A stretch of 64,000 nt of DNA from an uncultured Chloroflexia bacterium. GTDB taxonomy: Bacteria > Chloroflexota > Limnocylindria > Limnocylindrales > CSP1-4. The stretch covers positions 352,001 to 416,000 of the forward strand of contig CAVTHS010000008.1 of assembly GCA_963734535.1 (NCBI GenBank), written 5' to 3'. Below, one piece after another: positions 29,750-39,693 of this stretch; position 1 is the stretch's first letter, and each line of letters starts with the position of its first letter. The position numbers were made by a program, and so were the translations under genes. The notes beneath the pieces were generated by a model that was not told the DNA's origin, searched no databases, and was given only the letters and a program-made list of their open reading frames with translations.

Positions 29750-30667
29750 TCAGCGAATCCCGGTGTCGTAGGAGAGATCGACGCGAACCCAGGCGCCGGC
29801 GCCGGGCGGCACGACCACTTCGATCGGCGCGGGCGCATGCATCAGCCCGGCCGCAGGGGCCGCCTCGACGCGCACGCTGCCGGCGGGGACGGCCATGCGG
29901 TACGAGCCATCCGGGGCCGTTGTCGTGCTGGCGATCTGGCCTCCCCCGGCGTCGCGAACGATGATCGTCGCCCCGCCGACGGGCTTCGGGGCGCAGCCGG
30001 GAAGGGGCGGGTTGCTCTCGACAGGGCATGTGGGGCCGGCGGTCGCCACGCCGACGATCCACGGCCCGCCGCTCGATGGGATCCCGACCGAGGGGGTGCT
30101 GGAAGCTCGTGGGGTCGGCACGAGTGTCGGGCGTGGCGTGGGTTGCCGGGTGAACGTCGGGGGCACTGTCGGAGAGAGCATCGGCGACACCGTCGGAGCG
30201 GGCGTCGGGCTGGCCTGCGCCAGCGCGCTCGGGGCGGGCTGGGCGCTCGCGATCGGGCCGCTCGCCGCGGGAAGCGCATCACCGGCCTCGCTCACCTTCG
30301 AGGCAACCCCATCGGACGTCACGGCGTACACCCACGTGTGGTGGGAGATGCAGCCGGCCGGACAATCGCCCCAGCCCACCTGGACCGTGACGCTCCAGGC
30401 GGGCGCGGCCGGCATGACCTCGTACCACGAACCCTGGCCGACCATGCCCGCGTCGCGCGGGCCGATCCCGGCGAAGCGGGCGTCCAGCGCGACGACGATT
30501 GCGGCGGCTTCGGATGCGGTGATCGCGCTGGCGCGAGCCGTCGGCGTGACGGCCGGCGTCGAGGTCGGAGCGCCGGGGCTCCCGGCGGCCGGGGCGCTGC
30601 ACGCCGCGACCACAAGCCCCACGATGAGCAGGCTGGCGAGTACGGCAGGTCGGGATGGGACGCGCAC
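29750..30667 (-). CDS. lipoprotein with Cys/His motif and carboxypeptidase-regulatory-like domain
   Basis: VAAC lipobox, GWGDCPAGCISHHTW, AGPTCPVE...C, TTAPDGSYRMAVPAG. Confidence 0.7.
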   Translation of the reverse strand: MRVPSRPAVLASLLIVGLVVAACSAPAAGSPGAPTSTPAVTPTARASAITASEAAAIVVALDARFAGIGPRDAGMVGQGSWYEVMPAAPAWSVTVQVGWGDCPAGCISHHTWVYAVTSDGVASKVSEAGDALPAASGPIASAQPAPSALAQASPTPAPTVSPMLSPTVPPTFTRQPTPRPTLVPTPRASSTPSVGIPSSGGPWIVGVATAGPTCPVESNPPLPGCAPKPVGGATIIVRDAGGGQIASTTTAPDGSYRMAVPAGSVRVEAAPAAGLMHAPAPIEVVVPPGAGAWVRVDLSYDTGIR

Positions 30668-30812
30668 GGTTCGATGACGGTAACGCCGTCGGCGCGGTTC
30701 CGCACGCGGCGCGGTTCCGCACGCGGCGTGCCGTTCGGCGACCGGTTCGGATCCGAACGGCCGTCTCGCGGGTCACCACGGCGACGTACCGTCGGGGCGC
30801 TGGAGGTACGCA

Positions 30813-31335
30813 CATGCACGGACGATCGCGCCGCCCCGGGCCGCCGCTTCTCAGCGTGCCCGCACCGGCGCCGGCGCCGCCGATCCCTGCCGGGCCGGCG
30901 AGCACGGCGATCCCACGGCGATGGCCTTCCGTCGAACCTCCCCGTGCCCCCGGCCAGCGGACCACGAGTCCAGGAGCGACGGGCGCGACCGTGGCCACGC
31001 TGCCCCATCGCCCATCCGGCGGCGCGGTGGTGCATCTCGGCGGATCGGGAGCGCGGGTGGCCCGCGATCGGGTGGCCGGCGGCGCCGAGATCGTGTCCGT
31101 CCCGCGGCGGTCGCGAGCGCGCAGCCCGGAGCCCTACCTGGTCCGGATCCTCCACGCGGTCGGCGACCGCTCACCCGTCGTGATCGCCGGAATCCCGGAC
31201 GAACGGACCGCTCTCGAGCGTGAGTACGTCCGGATCGGCCATCACCCCGAACGATTCGTCGAGGACCCGCACCTCGATGCAGCCGACGGCGCGCTCCGCG
31301 CGCGCCTCCGGGCGCTTCGCTCGCACCCCGGCTGA
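30813..31335 (+). CDS. hypothetical protein (start uncertain)
   Basis: C-terminal half looks globular (YLVRILHAVGDRSPVVIAG...ALEREYVRIGHHPERFV). Confidence 0.45.
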
Positions 31336-31479
31336 CACGGCGTCGCCGGCCGGCGACGCTCGAATCGGGATCCGAACCACCCGCTTGATTCCGGGGCTGG
31401 ACCGGCGCGTCCCGCGCGGCCACAATGGCGTCTCGCACCGGCGCTCGACCGGTGGGCTGGGGGGCCGGCATCACCTGAC

Positions 31480-34400
31480 ATGGGGATGGGACCGCAGTCC
31501 ACGCGGCCAGCTGCAGGGAACGGTCACGCCGGCGGCGCGGTCGTCCCCGCGAAGGTTCGGGCGCCACGCGTTCGGTGGCTGCCTCGCGAGCGCCTCGACA
31601 AGCTCCTGCCGCAGCTGTGGGCGCATCGCCTGGCGCTCGTCGTGGCTCCGGCCGGGTCGGGGAAGACCACCCTCCTGGCCGGCTGGGCCGCGATGTCCGA
31701 TCAACCGGTGGCGTGGTATCGGGCCGAGAGCACCGACGGGAGCGAGGCGGAGCTGGTCGCCTGCCTCGAGGCGGCCTTCGCACCGGCGATCGTCGACCTG
31801 CCGCGCGGGTGGACGAGCGTCGAGGACGCCGTGGCCGCGCTCGAAGCCGCCGCGACGACGAACGTCCTGCTGATCGTCGACGACCTCCACACGCTGACGG
31901 GGTCCCCCGCCGAGACTGCATTCGAGCGCTTCATCGACTACGCACCGCCGACGCTCGCGGTCCTCGCCGGCTCCCGGACATTCCCGCCCTTCAACCTCTC
32001 GCGGCGCCGTGTCTCCGGTGCGCTGCTGGAGATCAGCGTCGACGACCTGCGGTTTCGGTCGTGGGAGGTGGAGCGGCTCTTCCGCGACTTCTACGACGAC
32101 GCCCTCCGCCCGGACGAGCTCGCCCGGCTCGCCCGAAGGACCGAGGGCTGGGCCGCCGGGCTGCAGCTCTTCCACCTCGCCACCCGCGGCAAGCCACGCG
32201 ACGAGCGACTGCGGATCCTCGCGGGCCTCGGCTCCAGCCCCCGGTTCGTGCGCGACTACCTGGCCCGCAACGTCGTCGCGGAGCTCCCCGACGAGCTGCG
32301 CGACTTCCTGGTCCGGACCAGCGTCCTGCGCCGGCTGAGCGGGCCACTCTGCGATGCGCTCCTCGCACGGTCGGGGAGCCGGGCCCTGCTCGAGGAGCTC
32401 GAGCGACGCAGCGTCTTCACGGTTGCGCTCGACGACGAGGGGACGTTCCGCTATCACGAGGTCCTGCGCAGCCATCTCGAGGCCATGCTCGTCGCGGAAG
32501 CCGGCGAGCAGGGCGCGCGGGAGCAGGCACGCCGGGCCGCGGAGCTGCTGGTGGCCGTGGGAGCCGTGGCGGAGGCCCTTGCCGCCTTCAGCCGCGCCGA
32601 GGACTGGGCCGCGGTGGATCGACTCCTCGAACGGCACGGGGCGCGGATCGTCGACGGCCACGGGGCGTGGATCGACAGCCTCCCGGCGGCGCTCCTGGTG
32701 CAGGATCCGTGGCTCACGCTCGCCACTGCCCGGCGCCACCGCGCCGAGGGACGCTGGGGCCAGGCCCTCGACGCGTACGCAAGCGCCGAGGCGCTCTTCG
32801 GGGCGGGCGACTCCGGGGCCGCATGCCGGCGCGAGCGGGTGGCGCTCGCCGCGTGGCTCGACCCGCATCCGGCGCCGAGCACCGAGTGGACGGGCTGGCT
32901 GCGGGCCGCGGTCGCCCGCGATCCGCTTTCGCGGCGCGGACCCGTGGTGGCCGGCGCCGCCACGGCCGACCACACGCCAGGCTCCGGGCCGACGTCGCCG
33001 GGCACGGGCGAGCTGCTGGCGACAGGGCTCTCCGCGCTGGTCGCCGGACGGGTCAGGGACGCCAGGTCGCTCCTCGACGAGGCGGCGCGGGCCGCGGTGG
33101 ACGCCCCGACGCTCGCCGCGGCTGCTGCACTCGGCGGAGCGGTCGCCGGACTCCTCGCGGGCGACGCACGGGAGGCCATCGAGGCCGAGGCGGCCGTGGC
33201 GGCCGCCGAGCGGCTCGGCGTCCCGTGGCTGGCCCAGGTCGGACGGGCCGCGCTCGCGATCTCGCGAAGCCCGATCGGCAGCGAGTATGGACGGGCCGAC
33301 GCGTCGGCCGTCCGGGTCGCCGCCGGCCGCGAGCAGGACCCGTGGGGAGAGGCGCTGGCCGCGCTCGCCGAAGGATGGGCCTCGCTCGAGGAGCCGGCGG
33401 AGGCGGGTCCATCGCTGGAGATCGCCGTTGCGCGGTTCCGCGCGCTCGGTGCGTCCTCCCTCGAGGCCTGGGCACGATCGCTCGCCGCCGGCTGCCTGGC
33501 AATCGAGGACGCCCCCGGCGCCCGCGAGGCTGCCCTGGCCGCCGAGGCGTTCGCGCGGACGGCCGGCACGCCGGGACCGCATGCCCTTGCCTACGCGGCC
33601 CTCGCCATCGCCGATCCGGCGCATGCGCCGGATCTCCGCGCCCTTGCGGATGCCCTCTACGACGATACCGGGCTTTCCGAGCCTGAGGCACTCCGACCGG
33701 CGGGTCTTCGATCGCACGTGCCCGAGATCGGCGCCGCTGCGCGCGAGCCTTCGGACGGGGTCCCGCCGCTGGAGATCCGGTGCTTCGGCGCGTTCGCGAT
33801 CTCGGTCGCGGGCCGTGCCGTCGACCTTGCGTCGCTGAAGCCGCGTCCCCGGGCGGTGCTGCGCCTGCTGGCCGTGAACGCCGGCCGACCCGTCCATCGC
33901 GAGGTGATCCAGGATGCGCTCTGGCGGGACGCCGACCCCGAGGCCGGGGCGCGGAGCCTCCATGTCGCGCTCTCGGCGCTCCGCCGGGAGCTCGAGCCGG
34001 CCGAGGGCCGCGTCAGCCGCGAGATCCTGCTTCGCGACGGCGACGCCTACCGGCTCGCGATCCCGCGTGGCTCCCGCGTCGACGTGCTCGCGTTCGAGGA
34101 GGCCATGAGCCGCGGACGATCGGCTCGCGGACGCGACGACCGCGCCACCATCGCGGCGTTCCGGGCGGCCGTGGCGGAATACGCCGGCGACCTGCTGCCG
34201 GAGGATGGCCCGGCCGACTGGGTCGTCGCTCGGCGCGAGCGGGCGCGTGCCGACTATGTCGAGGCGGCGCTCGGCCTCGCCGAGCTCGTCCTCGTCGAGC
34301 GGCCCGGGGAGGCTGCGGCCGTGTGCGTCGCGGCGCTCGGCATCGACCCGTACCACGACCCGCTCTGGCGGCTGCTCATCGATGCGCGGGAGCGCGCCGG

Positions 34401-34557
34401 TGATCGCGCGGCAGCCGCGAGCGCTCGTGCGAGCTACGCCCGCATGCTTGCCGATCTCGGGCTCGCCGAATCTGCCGGCGAGGCCCGCGCGACCGCAGGC
34501 ACCCGCCCGGCCGAGTCCGTGCCGCTCACTTCGCCGCGCGGAACTCCACCTCGGTGA
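31480..34557 (+). CDS. large ATP-binding transcriptional regulator: MalT-like NTPase + TPR-like region + winged HTH + BTAD
   Basis: [41 protein letters not shown]-terminal IRCFGAF...LW.D...[31 protein letters not shown]. Confidence 0.88.
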   Translation: MGMGPQSTRPAAGNGHAGGAVVPAKVRAPRVRWLPRERLDKLLPQLWAHRLALVVAPAGSGKTTLLAGWAAMSDQPVAWYRAESTDGSEAELVACLEAAFAPAIVDLPRGWTSVEDAVAALEAAATTNVLLIVDDLHTLTGSPAETAFERFIDYAPPTLAVLAGSRTFPPFNLSRRRVSGALLEISVDDLRFRSWEVERLFRDFYDDALRPDELARLARRTEGWAAGLQLFHLATRGKPRDERLRILAGLGSSPRFVRDYLARNVVAELPDELRDFLVRTSVLRRLSGPLCDALLARSGSRALLEELERRSVFTVALDDEGTFRYHEVLRSHLEAMLVAEAGEQGAREQARRAAELLVAVGAVAEALAAFSRAEDWAAVDRLLERHGARIVDGHGAWIDSLPAALLVQDPWLTLATARRHRAEGRWGQALDAYASAEALFGAGDSGAACRRERVALAAWLDPHPAPSTEWTGWLRAAVARDPLSRRGPVVAGAATADHTPGSGPTSPGTGELLATGLSALVAGRVRDARSLLDEAARAAVDAPTLAAAAALGGAVAGLLAGDAREAIEAEAAVAAAERLGVPWLAQVGRAALAISRSPIGSEYGRADASAVRVAAGREQDPWGEALAALAEGWASLEEPAEAGPSLEIAVARFRALGASSLEAWARSLAAGCLAIEDAPGAREAALAAEAFARTAGTPGPHALAYAALAIADPAHAPDLRALADALYDDTGLSEPEALRPAGLRSHVPEIGAAAREPSDGVPPLEIRCFGAFAISVAGRAVDLASLKPRPRAVLRLLAVNAGRPVHREVIQDALWRDADPEAGARSLHVALSALRRELEPAEGRVSREILLRDGDAYRLAIPRGSRVDVLAFEEAMSRGRSARGRDDRATIAAFRAAVAEYAGDLLPEDGPADWVVARRERARADYVEAALGLAELVLVERPGEAAAVCVAALGIDPYHDPLWRLLIDARERAGDRAAAASARASYARMLADLGLAESAGEARATAGTRPAESVPLTSPRGTPPR

Positions 34558-36650
34558 TCGCGACGTTCGTGCCGCCGCTCGAGGCATAGACGGACTTCAC
34601 GGTCAACCGGAAGGTCGTTGCTCCCTTGGCGGACACGTCGAACGACTGCGGGTCCTTGACGTCCTTGAGCTCGAGATCCTTGGACGCGACGGCCGCGCCC
34701 GACGCGTCGAGGAACTCGACGCTGATGTCGTGCGGGCGCGGGCTGCCCTGGAAATCGGGGACGGCGCCCGAGGTGACGAGGATCTTCGCGATGTCCGTCG
34801 CCGGGCTGAAGCCGGCGCTGATGGCCGGGGCCGCCCCGCCCGTCACCGGAGCTGCCCAGTACGTGTTGCTGAACCCATCGAACGCCGCCTGGGCCGGGTG
34901 CCCCTTGACGGCCGGCCCGGTCGCCTGGCCGGCGCTGTGGACCGGGACCAGGTTCGGCGCAACCGTCTGCCGAATGGACGAGATGAACGAGTTGACGCCG
35001 TCGCGCCAGTCGGGGACCACGGCGTACCCGACGACCGCGCCGACGAGCGCCGCCACGACCACGACCTGGATCACGAGGGTAAGCAGCCGTCCGATCGAGA
35101 GCCCGCGCCGGCCCGCGCGACCGTCGGTGCGCATGCTCTTCGGCCGCTCGCCGGCGGCAGCCGTCGTTCGACGCCGGCGGAAGATCCGCCGGTACCAGGG
35201 CACCTTCGGCGCCACCGCGACGACGGCCTCGGCCAGGGATTGGCCGCAGCGCCGGCAGAAGCGCCGGGTCGGATCGTTGCCGATCCGGCAGTTCCCGCAG
35301 ATGAGATCGCCGGGGTTTGCCGGCGGCGTCTCGGCCTGCGCCTGGCGGGCCGCCTGTCGGGCATGTTCCGGGCCGGGCCGAACCGCGACGGGCTGCCGGG
35401 AGGCAGGCTGCTCCGGCATCGGCACCGGCACGACGGCCGCGGGCTGGACTGCCGGACTCACGACCGGTGCTGGCGGCGCGACCTGGCGAACCGGGCGGGC
35501 TGCGGGCGGCTGGGCGGGTGGGAGGGCGACGGGCCGAGCGGCTGGCGGCTGAGCTGTCGGAAGGCTCGCCGTCGGCTCGGCGAGGGGCGGGGTCGCGACG
35601 ATCGGCGGTGGGGTCGGACGGGCTGCCTCGAAGAGCGGACGTGGTCGCGGGATCGTGCCTCCGGGGCCCCCCAGGGCAGGCCGAATGCGCGGCGTCGCGG
35701 GCACCACTGGAGCGGGTGCCAGGGTCGGCGCGGCAGAGGGCCCCGGTTCGGGGATGGGTCCGGGTTCGGCAGCTGGCGCCGTGGTCGGTGTCGGCCCAGG
35801 CTCGAGCACCGGCTCGGCCACGACCTGGGGCCCGGGCTCGGGTGTCGAGGCCATTGCCTCGACTGGCTCGGCCACGGTGGACGGCGCGGGCACGGCCGCG
35901 GGCGACGGGGCGGGTGCCATTGTTGCGATCGGTTCTGGCTCCGGTGCGGAGTGGCGGTTCGGGCAACGGCGCTGGCTCGGGTTCGGGCAACGGCGCTGGC
36001 TCGGGTTCGGGCAACGGCGCCGGCTCGGGTTCGGGCAACGGCGCTGGCTCGGGTTCGGGCAACGGCGCCGGCTCGGGTTCGGGCAACGGCGCTGGCTCGG
36101 GTTCGGGCAACGGCGCCGGCTCGGGTTCGGGCAACGGCGCTGGCTCGGGTTCGGGCAACGGCGCCGGCTCGGGTTCGGGCAACGGCGCCGGCTCGGGTTC
36201 GGGCAACGGCGCCGGCTCGGGTTCGGGCAACGGCGCCGGCTCGGGTTCGGGCTCCGCCATCCGATAGACACGGGTACCGGAGACGATCACCGGTGCGGTC
36301 GGGGCTCCCGAGGAACCAGCCTGCGATGTTGCCGCGCCGGCAGCGTCCGCCGCCTCACGAGATCCTGGCGTCTCTCCTGCGCCGGGCTGGGCCGAAGAAG
36401 CGCCGGCCGGCTCGGCTCCGGTCCCAGCCGGTGCTGACCCGGCGCTGCCCAGGCCGACGGCATCGCGCACGCGGCCAACGAAGGTCAGGTGCTCGGGCTC
36501 GACGGGCTGCGGCGCTTCGGGTTCCGGCACGACCGGCTCGGGCGCCGCTTCGGCCACCTTCGACCCGGTCCATTCGAGGAAGCTGCCGCACGATCCGCAG
36601 AAGCTGTCCGCGGCGGTGTTCTGGAACCCGCACTTGGTGCAGACGATCAC
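34526..36650 (-). CDS. CisA-like zinc-ribbon / Pro-rich / TM / discoidin (NADase-type glycan-binding) protein, frameshifted near 35953
   Basis: GTG at 36650 with GAGGGAG RBS: [27 protein letters not shown]. Then (PEPEPAPL)n and a frame switch. Then [21 protein letters not shown] helix and [15 protein letters not shown]...VAITEVEF. Confidence 0.8.
35956..36252 (-). repeat. 24-bp tandem repeat x12 encoding PEPEPAPL
   Basis: ggttcgggcaacggcgc(c/t)ggctcg; 12 copies counted. Confidence 0.95.
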
Positions 36651-36783
36651 GTGGCGCTCCCTCGACAGCCAGCCTGCCCGCGTGCTCGCGGTGCGCCCCG
36701 ACGGTTGGTCCGGCCGCGCGCGACCGGACCGGCGGAACGTGCGCGCATCGTAGCAAGCGGGCCGCGTCGAGCGAGCGCGCGGC

Positions 36784-37323
36784 TCACCCCTTGACGATCT
36801 CGATCCGGTGCGGCACGTGTGCCGGCTTGGCCGTCGAGACCAGCGCCTCCAGGCCCGACGCGGAGAGGCTCGCCGGATCCTTGACCCGAACCCGGATGAA
36901 GAGGTCCTCCGAGGTTCCAGCCGGGATCGGTCCGCCCGCATCGTGCGACCAGGCCGTTGCGCCCGGCTCGGCGATCTCCACCTCGCCGCCGCTGAAGACC
37001 GCGACGTGCGCCGCCAGGCCGCCGACGGTGCCCCGGATCCTGAAGAGATCGACGGCCGACGCCACGAAGGCCCGGCGCCGCTCGATGGGCCAGGTCTCGT
37101 CGAGCGCGGCTCCGGTCCACCCACCCAGCCATTCGAGGAAGTCCTCGGGCGCGAGCGCCGGATCGAGGTAGGCGGGGAAGCAGTCGAGCACCTGGACGAC
37201 ACCCGCCAGCACCTCGTCGAACGCCGCGGTGAGACGCTGGGTCATGTCGTCGTCACGGTAGACGCCCGGGAGATGCTCCCCGAGCGGGTGCGGCGAACGG
37301 AGCCCGGGAATGTGCCCCCGCAT
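36784..37323 (-). CDS. CIS baseplate protein, phage P2 tail-I-like
   Basis: LPGVY...AFDEVLA...[17 protein letters not shown]...RGT...KPAHV. Confidence 0.85.
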   Translation of the reverse strand: MRGHIPGLRSPHPLGEHLPGVYRDDDMTQRLTAAFDEVLAGVVQVLDCFPAYLDPALAPEDFLEWLGGWTGAALDETWPIERRRAFVASAVDLFRIRGTVGGLAAHVAVFSGGEVEIAEPGATAWSHDAGGPIPAGTSEDLFIRVRVKDPASLSASGLEALVSTAKPAHVPHRIEIVKG

Positions 37324-37327
37324 TGCC

Positions 37328-39277
37328 CTACGCCCCCTCGACGAGGAGCTGGTGCTCGTAGCTGAAGACCAGCGCATGCGGCTCGAGGTCGAGGCGCTGG
37401 GTCACCTGGCCGCGCTGGCCGGTGACAGGGTCCGCCCCGAAGAGACGAACGTCCTCCACGAGCTCCGTCCCGCGCAGCCCCTGGAGCACCGCGTACACCT
37501 CGCCCACCTGGACAGGGCGGCCGAACGGCCAGCCGGTGCCCTCCGGGCCGCCCGTGATCGGGTGGAAGTATCCGTAGATGGCACGCATCGCCTCGTCCTG
37601 GAGGCGCGTGGGGTTGACGCGAGGGCGTGCCCGGAGGCGCGCCACGATCGTGATGCCCCGGTAGGCCGGCGGCTCGACCAGCACGCGCGTGCCGACGACC
37701 CGGCATTCGTCGAGCCGGGCGGCGACCCGCGCGAGCGTCTCATCCGACGGCAGCAGCTGGTCGAAGCGGAGCCGCCCGGCGTCGGCCTCGGCAGCCGGCA
37801 CGACGAGGACGCGGACGGAGCCAGCGTCGACCCCGTCGCCCGCGGCCACGGCGCGCACCCGCGCCAGCTCCGGCGCCGCCTCGAGCGCGATGTGCTCGAA
37901 GTCCTCCGTGGTCACGGCGCGGCCGCGTGTGCGGAGCGAGATCGGGCCGCGCAGCTTCGCGTTCTCGATGTCCTCGCCGTCCACGCCGCCCGCCATGGGC
38001 CGGCGGTTCTCGACCCGGGAGACGTAGGCGATCGAGCTCTTGAGCACGCTGATCGCCCGCGGCGCGAGGTTCCCCTCCCGCCCGCCGCCCGTGAGGTACG
38101 CATCGACGCGGATGCGGGCACCCTTCGGCGGGACTCCGCCGTACTGGCGGACGGTCCCATCCTGCTCGCGGACTGCGGGCCCGAACGAGATCTCGCCCGC
38201 CACGGCATCGAGGACGAAGTGACGGTCGTCCGGCCCGGAGTCGGCGAAGTCCGGGACCTGGGTCCATTCCTGCCAGCCGGCCTCGTCGTCGGAGACGCCG
38301 AGCGTCATGGGCCGGTCGCCGGGCACGATGGGGCGATGCCTGACGGGGAACCGGCCGCCGGCAACGCCCTCCGCCGCGCCGAGAATCTCGTCGACGATCA
38401 CGTCGGCATGCACGGCCGCCGCCGTTCCGCCGATCGTGGCTGCCTCCAGGCCACGCACGTTCGGCGACGCGGAGTAGAAGGGCTGACCTTCCTCCGCTTC
38501 CGTGACACGCGCGCGGACCCAGCCCGCCCGTGTCTTCTCGATCACCGAGGCTGAATGGCCCGCCGGCAGGTGGACGACCACGTCGCCGTCCCGGTTCAGG
38601 CCGCCGGTGGTGTCGAGGTCGAGATCGCAGGCCTCCCAGTCCTCGCCCGTCCAGGCCTCCCAGGCGAGCGGCGGCCACGTTGGGTCCACCCCCACGCCCT
38701 CGATCGTGCACTTGAAGCGCAGCCGGAGCGCGTTCGACGGCGCCGGGTCGGAGAGGCCGATGAGAAGGAGGTCGCCTGGCTTCGGCTGGGTCTCGAACGC
38801 CAGGAAGTCGCGCGCGTTGAGCGCCTCGGTGGTGCGGTCGGCGTACTTCTTCCCATCCGCGGAGGTGAACGCGGCCGTGACCGCGACCGGCACGATCGGG
38901 AGGTCGTCGAGGGTCGTGAAGACGATTGCCTGGTCGGCCTCGGTGCGAATCGTCGCGGCCTGCGTCCCGCCGGGGATGCGGAGCGCCTGCGGCTGCGGGC
39001 CGGAGAGCCAGAACGTGACGTCGCCGCGCGCCGCGGACGGCGGGAAGAGCCGGATCCCGATCAGCTCCAGGAACTTGACGTAGTTGCGGTCCGGGACGCG
39101 ATTGACCCGGTAGAGGAGCTGGTCGGTCATCCAGGCGAAGAGCTCGATCAGGGTCACGCCCGGGTCGGAGACGTTGTGGTCGGTCCACTCGGGGCAGCGC
39201 TGCTGGACGAGCCGCTTCGCGTCGTCGACGAGGTCCTGGAAGCGGCGATCGTCCAGGTTGGGGACCGGCAGGGCCAT
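37328..39277 (-). CDS. CIS baseplate J-like wedge protein (Afp11-like)
   Basis: LPVPNLDDRRFQDLVD...WTDHNVSDPGVTLIELFAW, GGVDGE, RAVTTEDFE, GWPFGR. Confidence 0.93.
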   Translation of the reverse strand: MALPVPNLDDRRFQDLVDDAKRLVQQRCPEWTDHNVSDPGVTLIELFAWMTDQLLYRVNRVPDRNYVKFLELIGIRLFPPSAARGDVTFWLSGPQPQALRIPGGTQAATIRTEADQAIVFTTLDDLPIVPVAVTAAFTSADGKKYADRTTEALNARDFLAFETQPKPGDLLLIGLSDPAPSNALRLRFKCTIEGVGVDPTWPPLAWEAWTGEDWEACDLDLDTTGGLNRDGDVVVHLPAGHSASVIEKTRAGWVRARVTEAEEGQPFYSASPNVRGLEAATIGGTAAAVHADVIVDEILGAAEGVAGGRFPVRHRPIVPGDRPMTLGVSDDEAGWQEWTQVPDFADSGPDDRHFVLDAVAGEISFGPAVREQDGTVRQYGGVPPKGARIRVDAYLTGGGREGNLAPRAISVLKSSIAYVSRVENRRPMAGGVDGEDIENAKLRGPISLRTRGRAVTTEDFEHIALEAAPELARVRAVAAGDGVDAGSVRVLVVPAAEADAGRLRFDQLLPSDETLARVAARLDECRVVGTRVLVEPPAYRGITIVARLRARPRVNPTRLQDEAMRAIYGYFHPITGGPEGTGWPFGRPVQVGEVYAVLQGLRGTELVEDVRLFGADPVTGQRGQVTQRLDLEPHALVFSYEHQLLVEGA

Positions 39278-39280
39278 CGC

Positions 39281-39682
39281 TCACTCCTCCGCGGGGATCA
39301 TGTAGAAGGGAAAGACGAGGTTCCGCGGGTCGTTCGATGACCCGACGGCGTAGCGGATGTCGATGTAGAGGGTCGCGGGCTCGTCGGGGTCGCGCGTGAC
39401 CTCCACCTCGCGCACGTCGATCCGGGGCTCCCAGCGACGAAGCGCGCCTCGAACGTCTGCCGCGATCCGGCCGAACGTGGACGGGTCGATCGCAGCGAAG
39501 ACCTCGTCGTGGATGCCGCACCCGAACTCGGGGCGCATCGGGCGCTCGCCGTAGGCAGTCCCCAGAACGAGCCGGATGCTCTCCTCGATCTCGCGCTCGT
39601 GCGTCACGAGGGCGATCCCGCCGGCAGCGTTGGTCCGGAGCGGGAAGGCCCAGCCGGCGCCGATGAACTCGTCGTTGACCAT
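39281..39682 (-). CDS. GPW/gp25 family baseplate protein (Afp9-like)
   Basis: GAGWAFP, GERPMRPEFGC, WEPRI, RNLVFPFY. Confidence 0.93.
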   Translation of the reverse strand: MVNDEFIGAGWAFPLRTNAAGGIALVTHEREIEESIRLVLGTAYGERPMRPEFGCGIHDEVFAAIDPSTFGRIAADVRGALRRWEPRIDVREVEVTRDPDEPATLYIDIRYAVGSSNDPRNLVFPFYMIPAEE

Positions 39683-39693
39683 GTCCGTCCTCC

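Noticed and set aside
35655-36437. Alternative-frame repeat proteins ([24 protein letters not shown])
   Set aside because: These are shadows of the 24-bp repeat. Only PEPEPAPL is in frame with the RBS-bearing Zn-ribbon N-terminus.
31471-37171. Very long Arg/Gly/Pro-rich ORFs (e.g. 31471..34587 -, 34205..37171 +) and similar ones window-wide
   Set aside because: Antisense or off-frame shadows expected at this GC content, with no domain motifs.
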